Below, piece by piece: positions 7,580 through 16,787 of a DNA stretch of 64,000 nt. The notes beneath the pieces are model-generated. The model had not been told where the DNA came from. It ran no database searches and saw only the letters and a program-made list of their open reading frames with translations. The stretch covers positions 14,595 to 78,594 of the forward strand of contig CAYRZU010000002.1 of assembly GCA_964428895.1 (NCBI GenBank). The letters are read 5' to 3'. How positions within the stretch are numbered: the stretch's first letter is position 1; each line of letters starts with the position of its first letter. This stretch comes from an uncultured Planctomycetaceae bacterium (GTDB lineage Bacteria; Planctomycetota; Phycisphaerae; SM23-33). The translations under genes and the position numbers were made by a program.

Positions 7580-9748
7580 ATGTCTGACACGATGGAACAT
7601 ACATTGACTGATCCGGCCGCCTTTGAACTGCCGCCGGACCTTCAGCAGCTTCGAGATGAATGTCTCGCCCTGCACAAGCTCCCCAAGGGCGACCTGCCGG
7701 AGCAGACCATCGCCGTGGCGGAGGCCTGGAAGACCCATACCGACGATGAGCCGTGGGCGATCTGGAAGGCGCGTCGATTCGCGGCGCTGCTTGGTGCCAT
7801 GCCCGTTCCGCTCTCGCCCGGCGAGATCGTCATCGGCAAGCCCGGGCTGACCCGCGAGGAACTGCCCGCCGACCTGGCAGCACGCCTGGACGCGGCGCGG
7901 CAAACGTTGGAGTCGATGCCGAACGATCCCGGTGGTGATACGGGTCACCATCATCCGGATTACGCGGTCATGTTCCGCCGCGGTGTGGGCGGCACGTTGG
8001 ACGAAATCCGGCAGCGGCGTAGCGAGACGGACGACCCCGACAAAACCGTCTTCTACGACAGTTGCGAGATCGCCATGCAGGCGTTCTCCGAGTTCATCCT
8101 CAAGCTGTCGGCCGACTGCGAGGCGATGGTCACCGCCGACTCCGAACGCGCCGAGACGTGGACCAAGCTCGCCGAGATTTGTCGCAACATCTCTTCCGAC
8201 GCCCCGGCCACCTTCCACGAAGCCGTCCAACTGATGAACCTGATCATGCTGGCCGGGTGGTTCGCCGAGTACCACACCCAGAACAACTACGGCCGCATGG
8301 ACCAGACGCTGCGCAGTTTCTACGAGGCGGACCTCGCCGCCGGCACGCTCACCCAACGCGGGGCTTTCGAGTTGATCAGTTGCCTGCTGATCCAGCAGAA
8401 CCGCATGCACTGGCCGGGCGGGGCGGTGGGCGTGATCGTTGGCGGCATCGGCCCGGACGGCAAGGATGTCACCTGCGACCTGAGCTACCTGTGCCTGATG
8501 GCGCGGCTGGTCACGCATCTGGTGTACCCCACGGTGGGCGTGGCGTGGCATGAGGGAACGCCCTCTGAGTTGATGGACTTCTCAGTCAAGATGCTGGCCC
8601 ACGGCGTGGGGTGCCCGGCGTTCTTTAACGACCCGGTGATTTCCGAAGGTCTTCGGCAGCACGGCGTCAGCGAAGCCGATTCCCACAACTTCATGAACTC
8701 CACCTGCGTGGAGATCAAAGTGGCCGGGGCCTCCAACATCTGGGTGGCCTGTCCGTACTTCAACTGCACCGAGCCGCTCCTGGAGGCGATGGCCGGCGAA
8801 GCTGACGGCAGCCTCGACCCGGCGGCCGACTTCGATGAATTGCTGGAGCGCGTCAAGACGGGCCTGGCCAAGCGGCCGACCGACGCGGCCGAGTGGTGCA
8901 ACGACGTGTGGGACCAACGAATGCGCACGGGCCTTCAGCCGTTCGCCGACTGCATGATCTCCGACTGCCTGGAGCGCGGGCTGGACATCGACCACGGCGG
9001 CGCCCGCTACCACTGGGTGGAGCACTCGTGGGTGGGTCTGGCCAACCTCGTCGATAGCCTCACCGCGGTGCGGCATCTGGTGTACGAGACCGGCCGAATG
9101 TCGCTGGCGGAGTTCTACGCGGTTCTGCAGGCCAACTGGGAAGGCCACGAACCGCTGAAGCGCGAGATTGAGACCTCGCTACCCAAGTACGGCGTGGACG
9201 ATCCGGGCGTGGACGGCCTGGCCAAGACCATCGCTCACTTCCTGATGGACACCACCGAGACCAACGACATCGGCGGGCATCGCTACGTGCCGGGCTTCTT
9301 CTGCTGGATCATGCACAACGTGCTGGGCACCGACACCATGGCCACCCCGGACGGCCGCCATGCCGGCTGGCCGATGGCCGACGGCGCGGGCCCGGCCCAG
9401 GGCCGCGAGACCAACGGGCCGACGGCGGCGATTCTGTCGGCCACGTGCTGGGAGCACGAACGGGCGCTGGGGGGATTGGTCTTCAACGCCAAGTTCACGC
9501 GCGATTTCATGGCCAACCGCGAGAACCACGTGGCGCTTCGAGCCATGATCGAGACTTACCTGCGCCGCGGCGGATTCGAGATGCAGCTCAACGTCGTGGA
9601 TAACGCCGACCTTCGCGAAGCCCAGAAGCACCCCGACAAGTATCGCGACCTCGTTGTCCGTGTGGCCGGCTATTCGGATTACTTCGTCAACCTGGCCGAG
9701 AACATCCAGGACGAAGTCATCGCCCGCTCCGAATTCAACGTGGTCTAG
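7580..9748 (+). CDS. Glycyl radical enzyme, PFL-like/glycerol-dehydratase (eliminase) class
   Basis: 722 aa. C-terminal glycyl radical motif RVAGYSDYFVNLAENIQDEVIARSEF (compare RVSGYAV..L....Q.E.I.RT). Cys loop NSTCVEIK (C-x-E as in GRE eliminases). N-terminal WKARRFAALLGAMPVPLSPGEIVIGKPG is typical of GREs. RBS GGAGTG. Confidence 0.8.
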   Translation: MSDTMEHTLTDPAAFELPPDLQQLRDECLALHKLPKGDLPEQTIAVAEAWKTHTDDEPWAIWKARRFAALLGAMPVPLSPGEIVIGKPGLTREELPADLAARLDAARQTLESMPNDPGGDTGHHHPDYAVMFRRGVGGTLDEIRQRRSETDDPDKTVFYDSCEIAMQAFSEFILKLSADCEAMVTADSERAETWTKLAEICRNISSDAPATFHEAVQLMNLIMLAGWFAEYHTQNNYGRMDQTLRSFYEADLAAGTLTQRGAFELISCLLIQQNRMHWPGGAVGVIVGGIGPDGKDVTCDLSYLCLMARLVTHLVYPTVGVAWHEGTPSELMDFSVKMLAHGVGCPAFFNDPVISEGLRQHGVSEADSHNFMNSTCVEIKVAGASNIWVACPYFNCTEPLLEAMAGEADGSLDPAADFDELLERVKTGLAKRPTDAAEWCNDVWDQRMRTGLQPFADCMISDCLERGLDIDHGGARYHWVEHSWVGLANLVDSLTAVRHLVYETGRMSLAEFYAVLQANWEGHEPLKREIETSLPKYGVDDPGVDGLAKTIAHFLMDTTETNDIGGHRYVPGFFCWIMHNVLGTDTMATPDGRHAGWPMADGAGPAQGRETNGPTAAILSATCWEHERALGGLVFNAKFTRDFMANRENHVALRAMIETYLRRGGFEMQLNVVDNADLREAQKHPDKYRDLVVRVAGYSDYFVNLAENIQDEVIARSEFNVV

Positions 9749-11223
9749 TCTGCGGGCCGGCTGGCGCTGTCCCGAGCGTTGACGATGGCCTCGGCCTCGA
9801 TCAGGTTGATCGACGGGCAGGTGACGTACTCGACGTCGACGCTCTCGACCACGCCAGTGGCGCTCATCTTGAAGCTGCCGGTCAGCTCCAACCCAAACCT
9901 CGGCTGCGTGACCGTCAGGGCCGGGCCGCCCTCGGGCGGGTAGGTCAGCTCCATACCAATCGGCCCGTGGCCCTCTTCCAAGCGCTGGCGCCACCAGAGC
10001 ATTTCCTGGCGGAGCGTATCGGGCAGCCACTGGGCCTCGCCGAGCGCGGGCAGGTGGAGCTGTTCGGCGGCGGCGGCGGTGGCCCAGAAATCCTCGGCGT
10101 TGTCGAACCGTTGGCTGCGCGCGTGGGCGCGGGCGAGGTAGCTGGTGGCCATGGCGGCCATGGCCTCGTAGAACTTGGCGCCGGTGACGCGCACGTTGGG
10201 CGTGACCTGGGGATTGCCCTCGGCGTCCTTGGCCCACCTGGCCTCGGGCAGAATCATGTTGGCCCGGAACCAGGCCAGGAAGTCATCTTCCAGGGCGATG
10301 ATCTCGTCGGCCAGGGCCCGGGCCTTCTCGCCATTGGCGTTTGTGCTGATCTCATAAACGTACGCTTCGATCAACTTGCGGTGCTTGCCGCCCTCGCCGT
10401 CGTAGAGGTAGTGCAGCACGGACATGCTCTGCATGTAGCAGGCCCAGACCTTGCCCTCAGCCAGCAGTTGGTGCCAGCCGGCCCCGTCGATGTTTAACAG
10501 TTGCTCCAGGGGGATGAAGTTGGGCGATTCCATCACGGCGCTGTGGAGGTAGCTGACGGTCAGCACGCCGTCGACCCAGCCGTCACCGGTCCACATCAAA
10601 TTGAAGAACAGCGACCCGTGTCCTTCGTCCAGCCAGGTCGGCCAATGGCGATTGACGTTGCCGGCCTGGGCAATCTCCACGGCCGCGAACTGATGGAACA
10701 GTTCATGGTACATCAGCGGGCAGGAGACCATGCTGATGGCGCCGAAGTTGGCGTCGGAGGTCTGCATCATGAAGCGGGCGCCGACGCTATCGCCGTGGCC
10801 GCCCATGAACAGGCCCGGCATGGTCGGGTGCCCGCCGGCGGCGACGTAGTCTTCCTTGCTGCCGAACAGGAAGGCGAGCTTGGGGAAGTTGATGGGGAAG
10901 TGCTCGGCCTCGAAGCGGTCGGCGTAGTAGTCGTAGAGCGCTTCAATCCGCACCGCGAAGTCGTAGGTGGTCGCGTGGGCCATCTGGCTGTAGATGGAGA
11001 AGTGCCCGGTGCGGATGCCCGGCAGGCCGAAGACCGGATCGAGTCGTCGCCACCCATACGGCAGGGGCGCCTGGTCGGTCGTGGGTCGGCTGGTGGAGGC
11101 CTGGTCGGTGGTGGGCTGGCTGGCGGCTGGGTCGGTGGGCTGCTTGTCTTGGCAGCCTGGCGGCAGCGCGAACAGGCAAAGGGCCATCATCGGTAGCAGC
11201 TGCATCTTGAGCGATCGAGCCAT
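9745..11223 (-). CDS. Lipoprotein with HExxH motif (putative zinc metallopeptidase)
   Basis: True start ATG at 11223 (MARSLKMQLLPMMALCLFALPPGCQ, lipobox) with a GAGGA RBS. HELFH in MYHELFHQF. The 835-aa ORF call (to 12252) is an artefactual antisense extension. Confidence 0.55.
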   Translation of the reverse strand: MARSLKMQLLPMMALCLFALPPGCQDKQPTDPAASQPTTDQASTSRPTTDQAPLPYGWRRLDPVFGLPGIRTGHFSIYSQMAHATTYDFAVRIEALYDYYADRFEAEHFPINFPKLAFLFGSKEDYVAAGGHPTMPGLFMGGHGDSVGARFMMQTSDANFGAISMVSCPLMYHELFHQFAAVEIAQAGNVNRHWPTWLDEGHGSLFFNLMWTGDGWVDGVLTVSYLHSAVMESPNFIPLEQLLNIDGAGWHQLLAEGKVWACYMQSMSVLHYLYDGEGGKHRKLIEAYVYEISTNANGEKARALADEIIALEDDFLAWFRANMILPEARWAKDAEGNPQVTPNVRVTGAKFYEAMAAMATSYLARAHARSQRFDNAEDFWATAAAAEQLHLPALGEAQWLPDTLRQEMLWWRQRLEEGHGPIGMELTYPPEGGPALTVTQPRFGLELTGSFKMSATGVVESVDVEYVTCPSINLIEAEAIVNARDSASRPAD

Positions 11224-11418
11224 GCTGTGGTCCTCGTAGGATTGTCCCGGCGTGGCGGGTGGCCCCCCGGGTACGGGTAGCCCTGGCCGGCGCGGCGCCG
11301 GATGAGCGGGGCATTGTACCGTTCCCGGCCGGCCGGAGCGAACGTTGACTTCTTTGAGCTGACCCGGGCGCGTAGAATCCAGGGCCAACGCACGGCTGGA
11401 TGAAGCCAGGAGGTCCTT

Positions 11419-13812
11419 GTGCACATTATTGAAACCGACGCACCGATTCTCGAACCCGAAGACGGACTGATCCTGGGCAACGGCGATCTGTCGGTCAGTA
11501 TCTATCAGAAATCCGATTTGCTTATCTGGCGGTTCGGCAAGGTGGACGTGTGGGACCGCCGCCTGGACCTCGACGCCTGTCCCGCGCCCGCCCACATCGA
11601 CGAATTGGCCCGCGGCATCCGTGATGAAGGCTGGGTCAGCCACGAGTTCGTCTACGGCGAAGGCCAAGCCACGCGCGGCAAGCCAAAAGACGAAAAGCGG
11701 ATGAAGGAAATCTGCGACGGCTGGCCCGCTTACGCTCGTCGGCCCTATCCGTGCCCCAAGCCGGTCGGTGAACTGGCGATGCACCTGCCGGTCGACATGT
11801 TGGGCCAGCGGATCCATCAGCGGTTGACGATTGAGAAAGGCACAGCCGAGATCACGATCTCCTTCGATAACGGCGTGTCGATTGAGCTTGAGTGCTTCAT
11901 CGCGCCGTCGCCGAATGTGTTGGTGGTGCGATGGCAGGTGCATAACTGGAACGCCGATACCGCCATGGGCATCCACGGGCCGGTATGGTTTTCGCTCTAT
12001 CGCTGGGCCGACCCGCCGGTGGAGCAGTTGGCGGCCTCGCTTCACACCCGGGCCCGCTATCGCTACTTCTGGGGCTCGATCGAATCGGGCGAATGTACCA
12101 CGCTGCCCGGGCCCGAAATGCGAGAGCTGGACGGGCGACTCGTCATCGAGCAACGGTTCTATCCCGACCTGGAATTCACCGAGGGCTTTCGGACCATCCT
12201 GGCGCCTTACGTAACGAGCCTGGGTATTGAACGGGCCGATATCTACACGCAAGACGCCGTGCTCAATATCTTCGCCAACGAGGATGTGCTAAGTGGCGAG
12301 CTGGCCGTGGCTGTTTCGACCAGCACCGATGACGGCGGGGCCGAAGCGGAGTGTCAGCGGACCCGAGCGCTGCTCGAGCCGGGCCTGTCCGCGGCCACGG
12401 CCCAACTTGAAGACGCCACCGTCGCCTTGGCCGAAGAGTTCTGGGGCCAGTCGTCGGTGCAGATCGACGACCCTGTCCTGGAAGACGCCTGGTACGAGAT
12501 GCTGCACTTCCGCCGCTGCACGTGTCGGGGGGACGTGGTCGCGCCGGGGCTGGCCTTGCCCAGCACGGTTCGGGACTATTCCCTGTGGCACGGCGACTAC
12601 CACATGAACATCAACTACCAGATGGGGTTCTGGGGCGACTACGCGTCCAACCACGTCGACCTCGGCGACGCGTTCTTTCCCGGCATGGCCCACATGGTGG
12701 AGATCGGCCGCAAATTGGCGCGGGACTACTGGGGCTGTCGGGGCACCTTCATTCAGTTGGCGGGCTATCCGTTCCCGGTGGCGGGCGACCCTTACGGAAC
12801 GGGCGCGCTGTGCCGCATGACCTACATGACCGGCTGGGTGGCCGGCTACTACTGGTGGCGCTACCGCTACACCATGGACCGCGACTGGCTGGCCGAGACC
12901 GGCTACCCGGTCATTCGCGACTGCGCCCTGTTCTACGCCGACTTCCTGGAGAAGCGCGACGACGGCCTGTATCACGCCTGGCCCAGCATGCAGGGCGAAT
13001 CGATGTTCACCGGCAAGGTCGAAGACTACACCGATCAGCCGCAAGTGGTCCGCCACGCCCGTTACGGCTTGCAGTGCGCCGTCCGCGCGGCCGAGGCCCT
13101 GGACACGGACCCCGAGTATCGCGACCAGTGGCAGGACATCCTGGATAACCTCGTCACCACCGACGACCTCGACGCCCTCGGCTTCAGCGACGAGAAGAAG
13201 CGCCGCTACGCGCTGATCCAGCCGGCGTTTCTGGGCGCCGACATCGGCGACGGCCGAATTCCCGACAAACTCGACGAGCCGGACTATCTGGCCCCCAGCC
13301 GTAATGGCTGTGGGTTCTTGGCCTGGCCCACCATGATGCACATCCACAACGACGCCTTCGACCCCGAGCGCGACATCCCGACCTTTGCCGAGAACCTGCG
13401 GCGCTGGCGCCGCCCGGGCGGAATGATCCGCGCCTGGAACATGGCCGGGCACAGCTACATCGGCGCCTACGTGGAGAGCCTGGGGATGTTGGCGCCGCTG
13501 CAGGCGTTCCTGCTGCAAAGCTGGGACGAAGTGATTCGCATCTTCCCCCTCTGGAAGGCCGACATCGACGCGGCCTACACCAACCTGCGCGCCGAAGGCG
13601 CGTTCTTGGTCAGCGCATCCTGGAAAGGTGGCGCCCTCCAGTCGGCCACGATTCACGGCGAGCGGGGCGGGCCGTGTCGCCTCGAATGGCCATGGGACAG
13701 CGCGCCGGCCATTACGTGCGACGGCCAATCCGTGGATGTCACCGGCGAGGACCACGGGGTGGTCGCCTTCGACACCGAGGCCGGTCAGACCTACGACCTC
13801 AAGAAGGGGTGA
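11419..13812 (+). CDS. Putative glycoside hydrolase, GH95-like / six-hairpin superfamily
   Basis: 797 aa with a GTG start 5 nt after AGGAGG. N-terminal LILGNGDLSVSIY...W.RRLDL resembles the GH95 N-terminus (GNG.LG...W). Family call is tentative. Confidence 0.45.
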   Translation: MHIIETDAPILEPEDGLILGNGDLSVSIYQKSDLLIWRFGKVDVWDRRLDLDACPAPAHIDELARGIRDEGWVSHEFVYGEGQATRGKPKDEKRMKEICDGWPAYARRPYPCPKPVGELAMHLPVDMLGQRIHQRLTIEKGTAEITISFDNGVSIELECFIAPSPNVLVVRWQVHNWNADTAMGIHGPVWFSLYRWADPPVEQLAASLHTRARYRYFWGSIESGECTTLPGPEMRELDGRLVIEQRFYPDLEFTEGFRTILAPYVTSLGIERADIYTQDAVLNIFANEDVLSGELAVAVSTSTDDGGAEAECQRTRALLEPGLSAATAQLEDATVALAEEFWGQSSVQIDDPVLEDAWYEMLHFRRCTCRGDVVAPGLALPSTVRDYSLWHGDYHMNINYQMGFWGDYASNHVDLGDAFFPGMAHMVEIGRKLARDYWGCRGTFIQLAGYPFPVAGDPYGTGALCRMTYMTGWVAGYYWWRYRYTMDRDWLAETGYPVIRDCALFYADFLEKRDDGLYHAWPSMQGESMFTGKVEDYTDQPQVVRHARYGLQCAVRAAEALDTDPEYRDQWQDILDNLVTTDDLDALGFSDEKKRRYALIQPAFLGADIGDGRIPDKLDEPDYLAPSRNGCGFLAWPTMMHIHNDAFDPERDIPTFAENLRRWRRPGGMIRAWNMAGHSYIGAYVESLGMLAPLQAFLLQSWDEVIRIFPLWKADIDAAYTNLRAEGAFLVSASWKGGALQSATIHGERGGPCRLEWPWDSAPAITCDGQSVDVTGEDHGVVAFDTEAGQTYDLKKG

Positions 13813-13852
13813 TATCCGTAGCGTGCGTAGCAGACCTACGCGTCCTACGAGC

Positions 13853-14167
13853 TCATTCGTAAACAACGAACCCGGGGCCACGCCACTTCACCGTCCTGGG
13901 GTAACCCAATGACGTGGCTCCTTGGATTCCACTCGTCGGGAGATACCTGCCCCCCGAATCGGGTCTCTCTGGTACGCCAAAGCCGCCCTGTGCGGCGCCC
14001 ACGAAGGTCGCGATCGCGCCGGCTATCCCGAGAATGATGCATACAGCGGAGCCTACGTACCAGAGAGCAGTGTCCTTTCCGGGCAAGGTGGGCGGATTGA
14101 CGACCGCGCCGATAATGCCGGCGATCATCATCGCAAAATACCAGATTCCAGCCAGCAGTCTCCGCAT
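13853..14167 (-). CDS. Small two-TM membrane protein (hypothetical)
   Basis: ATG at 14167 with a GGGAGC RBS. Hydrophobic segments IWYFAMMIAGIIGAVV and VGSAVCIILGIAGAIATFVGAA. Confidence 0.4.
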   Translation of the reverse strand: MRRLLAGIWYFAMMIAGIIGAVVNPPTLPGKDTALWYVGSAVCIILGIAGAIATFVGAAQGGFGVPERPDSGGRYLPTSGIQGATSLGYPRTVKWRGPGFVVYE

Positions 14168-14369
14168 GCTGTGCTCCCGGAACCGGATGTGTGTTGCGAC
14201 GGCGACCAAGGTGGCCTCGCACGCAACTCACAAGTCAATATAGACCGCCGGGGCGCAAAATGCCACGGGGAGTGCTGTCCTTCCCGAAACCGGTCTCAGC
14301 CGAGGACCCCAGGCGGGACGGACCTACCAGCTCGTGAAATCCTGACGGCCCGGACCGGGCCTAGCCGCC

Positions 14370-14398
14370 TTGGCGGGAGGGGGTTTCCGTGCTAGAAT
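14370..14398 (+). promoter_or_regulatory. Sigma70-type promoter: -35 TTGGCG, 17-nt spacer, extended -10 TGCTAGAAT
   Basis: TTGGCG at 14370-14375, TG at 14390-14391, TAGAAT at 14393-14398, ATG at 14458. A G7 run lies in the 5'UTR at 14425-14431. Confidence 0.45.
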
Positions 14399-14457
14399 CA
14401 CGGTCTGGACGGAGTTCTGATCGTGGGGGGGCATTTCGAACACAAGGAGTGACTGTC

Positions 14458-16686
14458 ATGAGGCGAATCGTTTTCGCGATGGTGGCGCTATCTTTGGCGT
14501 CAGCGGCGTCGGCCGGTGTGGCGGCGGCGGATGACTATGACCTGACGTGGCTGGGCCTGGGCGGCGCGGACTTTATTAAGGACGACGGCACGGTCTACGC
14601 CGAGAGCTTCCAGATCGCCGACAACGATCTGGTCCTCGGCCGCAACCGCATCTTCTACGGCACGGCCAACAACTACGGCGACGCGTGGTGGGTCTCGGAC
14701 GGCACGACCACCACTCGAGTCGGTCTGTTCGACACCGACCACACCCGCAGCACCGACAATCAACAGAAGACCTACGTACTGGGCTTCTATGGTGGCGGGC
14801 AGTTCGCGGCCGGCGAGTCGGAGAAGTACCGTCCCGACGGCAGCAAGATTTCCAACACGCCCTGGGTGTATGACGGTACGCAGACCATCGCGTTGGGTCT
14901 GACCGGCGCCGTCTATACGGACGCCGGCGGGTACCTCTACCCCAGCCGCTGGGAAGGCGCCGCCAACGGCAACTTCCTGGGGATGAACACCATCTACAAC
15001 GGCGGATCCACCAACATGGGCACCGCCACGTGGGTCTACAACTACGCCACCGACACCCACACCAGCGTGGGATTGACCGGAGCGCAGTACATTCGCGATG
15101 ACGGCTACGTCAAGACCCGCGCCGGGCGCCTCTCTCCCGACGGCAACTACGCCTTCGGGCGGACCTATCTGTACAGCGGCTCAACGGAGAACGGCACGCA
15201 CGGCTGGCGGTATGACGTCAGCACCGACACCACGGTGCAAATCGGCCTGACCGGGGCGGGGTTCGTTCGCGACGACGGCTACATGGAAGTCGAGATCCGC
15301 CGCGGCAACGCGTCCGGTCAGCTCAACGGGCTATCCCGCCGCTACAGCGGCTCGACCGACATGGGCCGCGTGGCCTGGATCTTCGACGGGACCAGCACAA
15401 CCCAGATCAGCCCCACCGGCGCCGAGTTCAGCCGGGCCGATGGCTACCGATACGAAGACGCCTGGTACATCAACGCGTCCGGCCAGGTCGCCGGCGAAGC
15501 CACCACCTACGACGGCGCCGCCACCGGCGGCAAGCGGGCGTGGTTCTACAACGGCACGACCACGCAGGTCCTGGACGGCCTGCAGGGGGGGTACTTCGAG
15601 AAGTCCAACGGGCACAACCAAGCCCTGCCCAACGGCCTCAACGCGGCCGCTCAGATCACCGGCACGAGCTATCGCTACAACGCCTCGGACACCTACATCG
15701 GCCTGCAGGGCTGGTTCTACGACAGCGCCACCGATACCACCGTCGCCTTGGGCCTGACCGATCCCGCCTACACGCGGGTGTCCGACGACAAGCAGTATCA
15801 CTATCCCCACGAACTGAGCGCAACGGGACTCGTGCGCGGCAGCAGCGACCGGTACGACGGCCTGTTCAGCAAGGGCCGTTGGGTCTACGACTGGGACACC
15901 GACATGACCTACGAGTTGGCGTTCTCGACCCGCTCGGACGGTTACTATGACACCCCCAAGTTCGAGTTCACCAACGACGGCGACGGTCTGGTCGGCTACT
16001 ACGAGCTCTTCGATGCCTTTGACGTTTCGCAAGGCTATAGCTTGTTCTACTGGACCATCGACCGGGCCACCGATACCCCCACCTTCGTGGACCTGGAAGA
16101 CCGAACCGCCCTGGCGGCCATGGAAGACCTCTTCGCCCTCTACTACAAAGGCTGCGGCATGAACGCCGGCGCCTTATTCGCCGGCACGGGCACCATGGCC
16201 GACGGGTCGCAGGGCGCGTATCTGCTGACGCCGGTTGAGACGAGCGTCCCGGGCGACTTCGACGGCGACGGCGACGTTGACGCCGACGACGTCGACATCC
16301 TCTGCGCCAACATGGGCGGCGACCTGAATCCCTACGACGTCAACAGCGACGGCGTGGTGGATGAAGACGACATGATCTACCACATCGAGACGTTGGTCGA
16401 GTACGACACCAACGGCGACGGCACGGCCGACGGCAACGGAACGTATCGGGGCGACTTCAACCTCGACGGCGTGGTCAACGCCACCGACCTGCAGATCATG
16501 AAGGGCGGCTTCGGCGCGGTCGGTGGCTATGCCGACGGCAACGCCAACTGCGACACCGTGGTCAACGCCACCGACCTGCAGATTCTCAAGAGCACGTTCG
16601 GCCAGACCGCCTCGGCCGTGCCCGAACCGTTGACGGTCGGCCTGCTGGGCCTGGGCGGCCTGACGCTCTTGAGACGACGGAAGTAG
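14458..16686 (+). CDS. PEP-CTERM-anchored surface protein with about 10 degenerate ~50-aa tandem repeats and C-terminal dockerin-type Ca-binding repeats
   Basis: RBS AAGGAG. Signal peptide MRRIVFAMVALSLASAASAGVAAA. Repeats T..VGLTG..Y.RDDGY. C-terminal DFDGDGDVDADD...DFNLDGVVNATDLQIMKG...NCDTVVNATDLQILK (dockerin type I-like), then VPEPLTVGLLGLGGLTLLRRRK (PEP-CTERM). Confidence 0.8.
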   Translation: MRRIVFAMVALSLASAASAGVAAADDYDLTWLGLGGADFIKDDGTVYAESFQIADNDLVLGRNRIFYGTANNYGDAWWVSDGTTTTRVGLFDTDHTRSTDNQQKTYVLGFYGGGQFAAGESEKYRPDGSKISNTPWVYDGTQTIALGLTGAVYTDAGGYLYPSRWEGAANGNFLGMNTIYNGGSTNMGTATWVYNYATDTHTSVGLTGAQYIRDDGYVKTRAGRLSPDGNYAFGRTYLYSGSTENGTHGWRYDVSTDTTVQIGLTGAGFVRDDGYMEVEIRRGNASGQLNGLSRRYSGSTDMGRVAWIFDGTSTTQISPTGAEFSRADGYRYEDAWYINASGQVAGEATTYDGAATGGKRAWFYNGTTTQVLDGLQGGYFEKSNGHNQALPNGLNAAAQITGTSYRYNASDTYIGLQGWFYDSATDTTVALGLTDPAYTRVSDDKQYHYPHELSATGLVRGSSDRYDGLFSKGRWVYDWDTDMTYELAFSTRSDGYYDTPKFEFTNDGDGLVGYYELFDAFDVSQGYSLFYWTIDRATDTPTFVDLEDRTALAAMEDLFALYYKGCGMNAGALFAGTGTMADGSQGAYLLTPVETSVPGDFDGDGDVDADDVDILCANMGGDLNPYDVNSDGVVDEDDMIYHIETLVEYDTNGDGTADGNGTYRGDFNLDGVVNATDLQIMKGGFGAVGGYADGNANCDTVVNATDLQILKSTFGQTASAVPEPLTVGLLGLGGLTLLRRRK
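16254..16686 (+). repeat. Shared dockerin-like/PEP-CTERM C-terminal module, copy 1 (coding repeat family)
   Basis: Nucleotide- and protein-level similarity to 21516-21959, 22811-23249 and 24940-25272. Confidence 0.7.
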
Positions 16687-16708
16687 TCTCCGCCCTCAGC
16701 GCATCGAA

Positions 16709-16740
16709 GCGGGCATCCTTCATGGATGCCCGCCTTCTGG
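16709..16740 (+). terminator. Perfect 10-bp stem hairpin after the PEP-CTERM gene (putative terminator)
   Basis: GCGGGCATCC (16709-16718), loop TTCAT, GGATGCCCGC (16724-16733), then CTTCT. Confidence 0.45.
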
Positions 16741-16787
16741 GGCCGCGTCTGGTACACTCCCAGCCTACCCACATCAGGATCGACGAT

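Noticed and set aside
7508-9148. Minus-strand ORFs of 347 aa (7508-8551) and 188 aa (8582-9148)
   Set aside because: They are antisense to the glycyl-radical enzyme gene. They are low-complexity, Arg/Gly/Pro-rich translations with no RBS support.
11224-12252. Upstream 343 codons of the 835-aa minus-strand ORF call
   Set aside because: They overlap the plus-strand GH95-like gene. A clean lipoprotein start with an RBS exists at 11223, and the upstream portion is low-complexity.
13812-13870. Imperfect hairpin CGTAGCGTGCGTAGcagacCTACGCGTCCTACG after the GH95-like gene as a terminator
   Set aside because: The stem has bulges and there is no downstream T-run. The convergent small membrane-protein gene ends here, so I did not call it a feature.
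12289-13881. 530-aa minus-strand ORF
   Set aside because: It is antisense to the 797-aa GH95-like gene. Its composition is Gly/Val/Ala/Arg-rich with no domain features.
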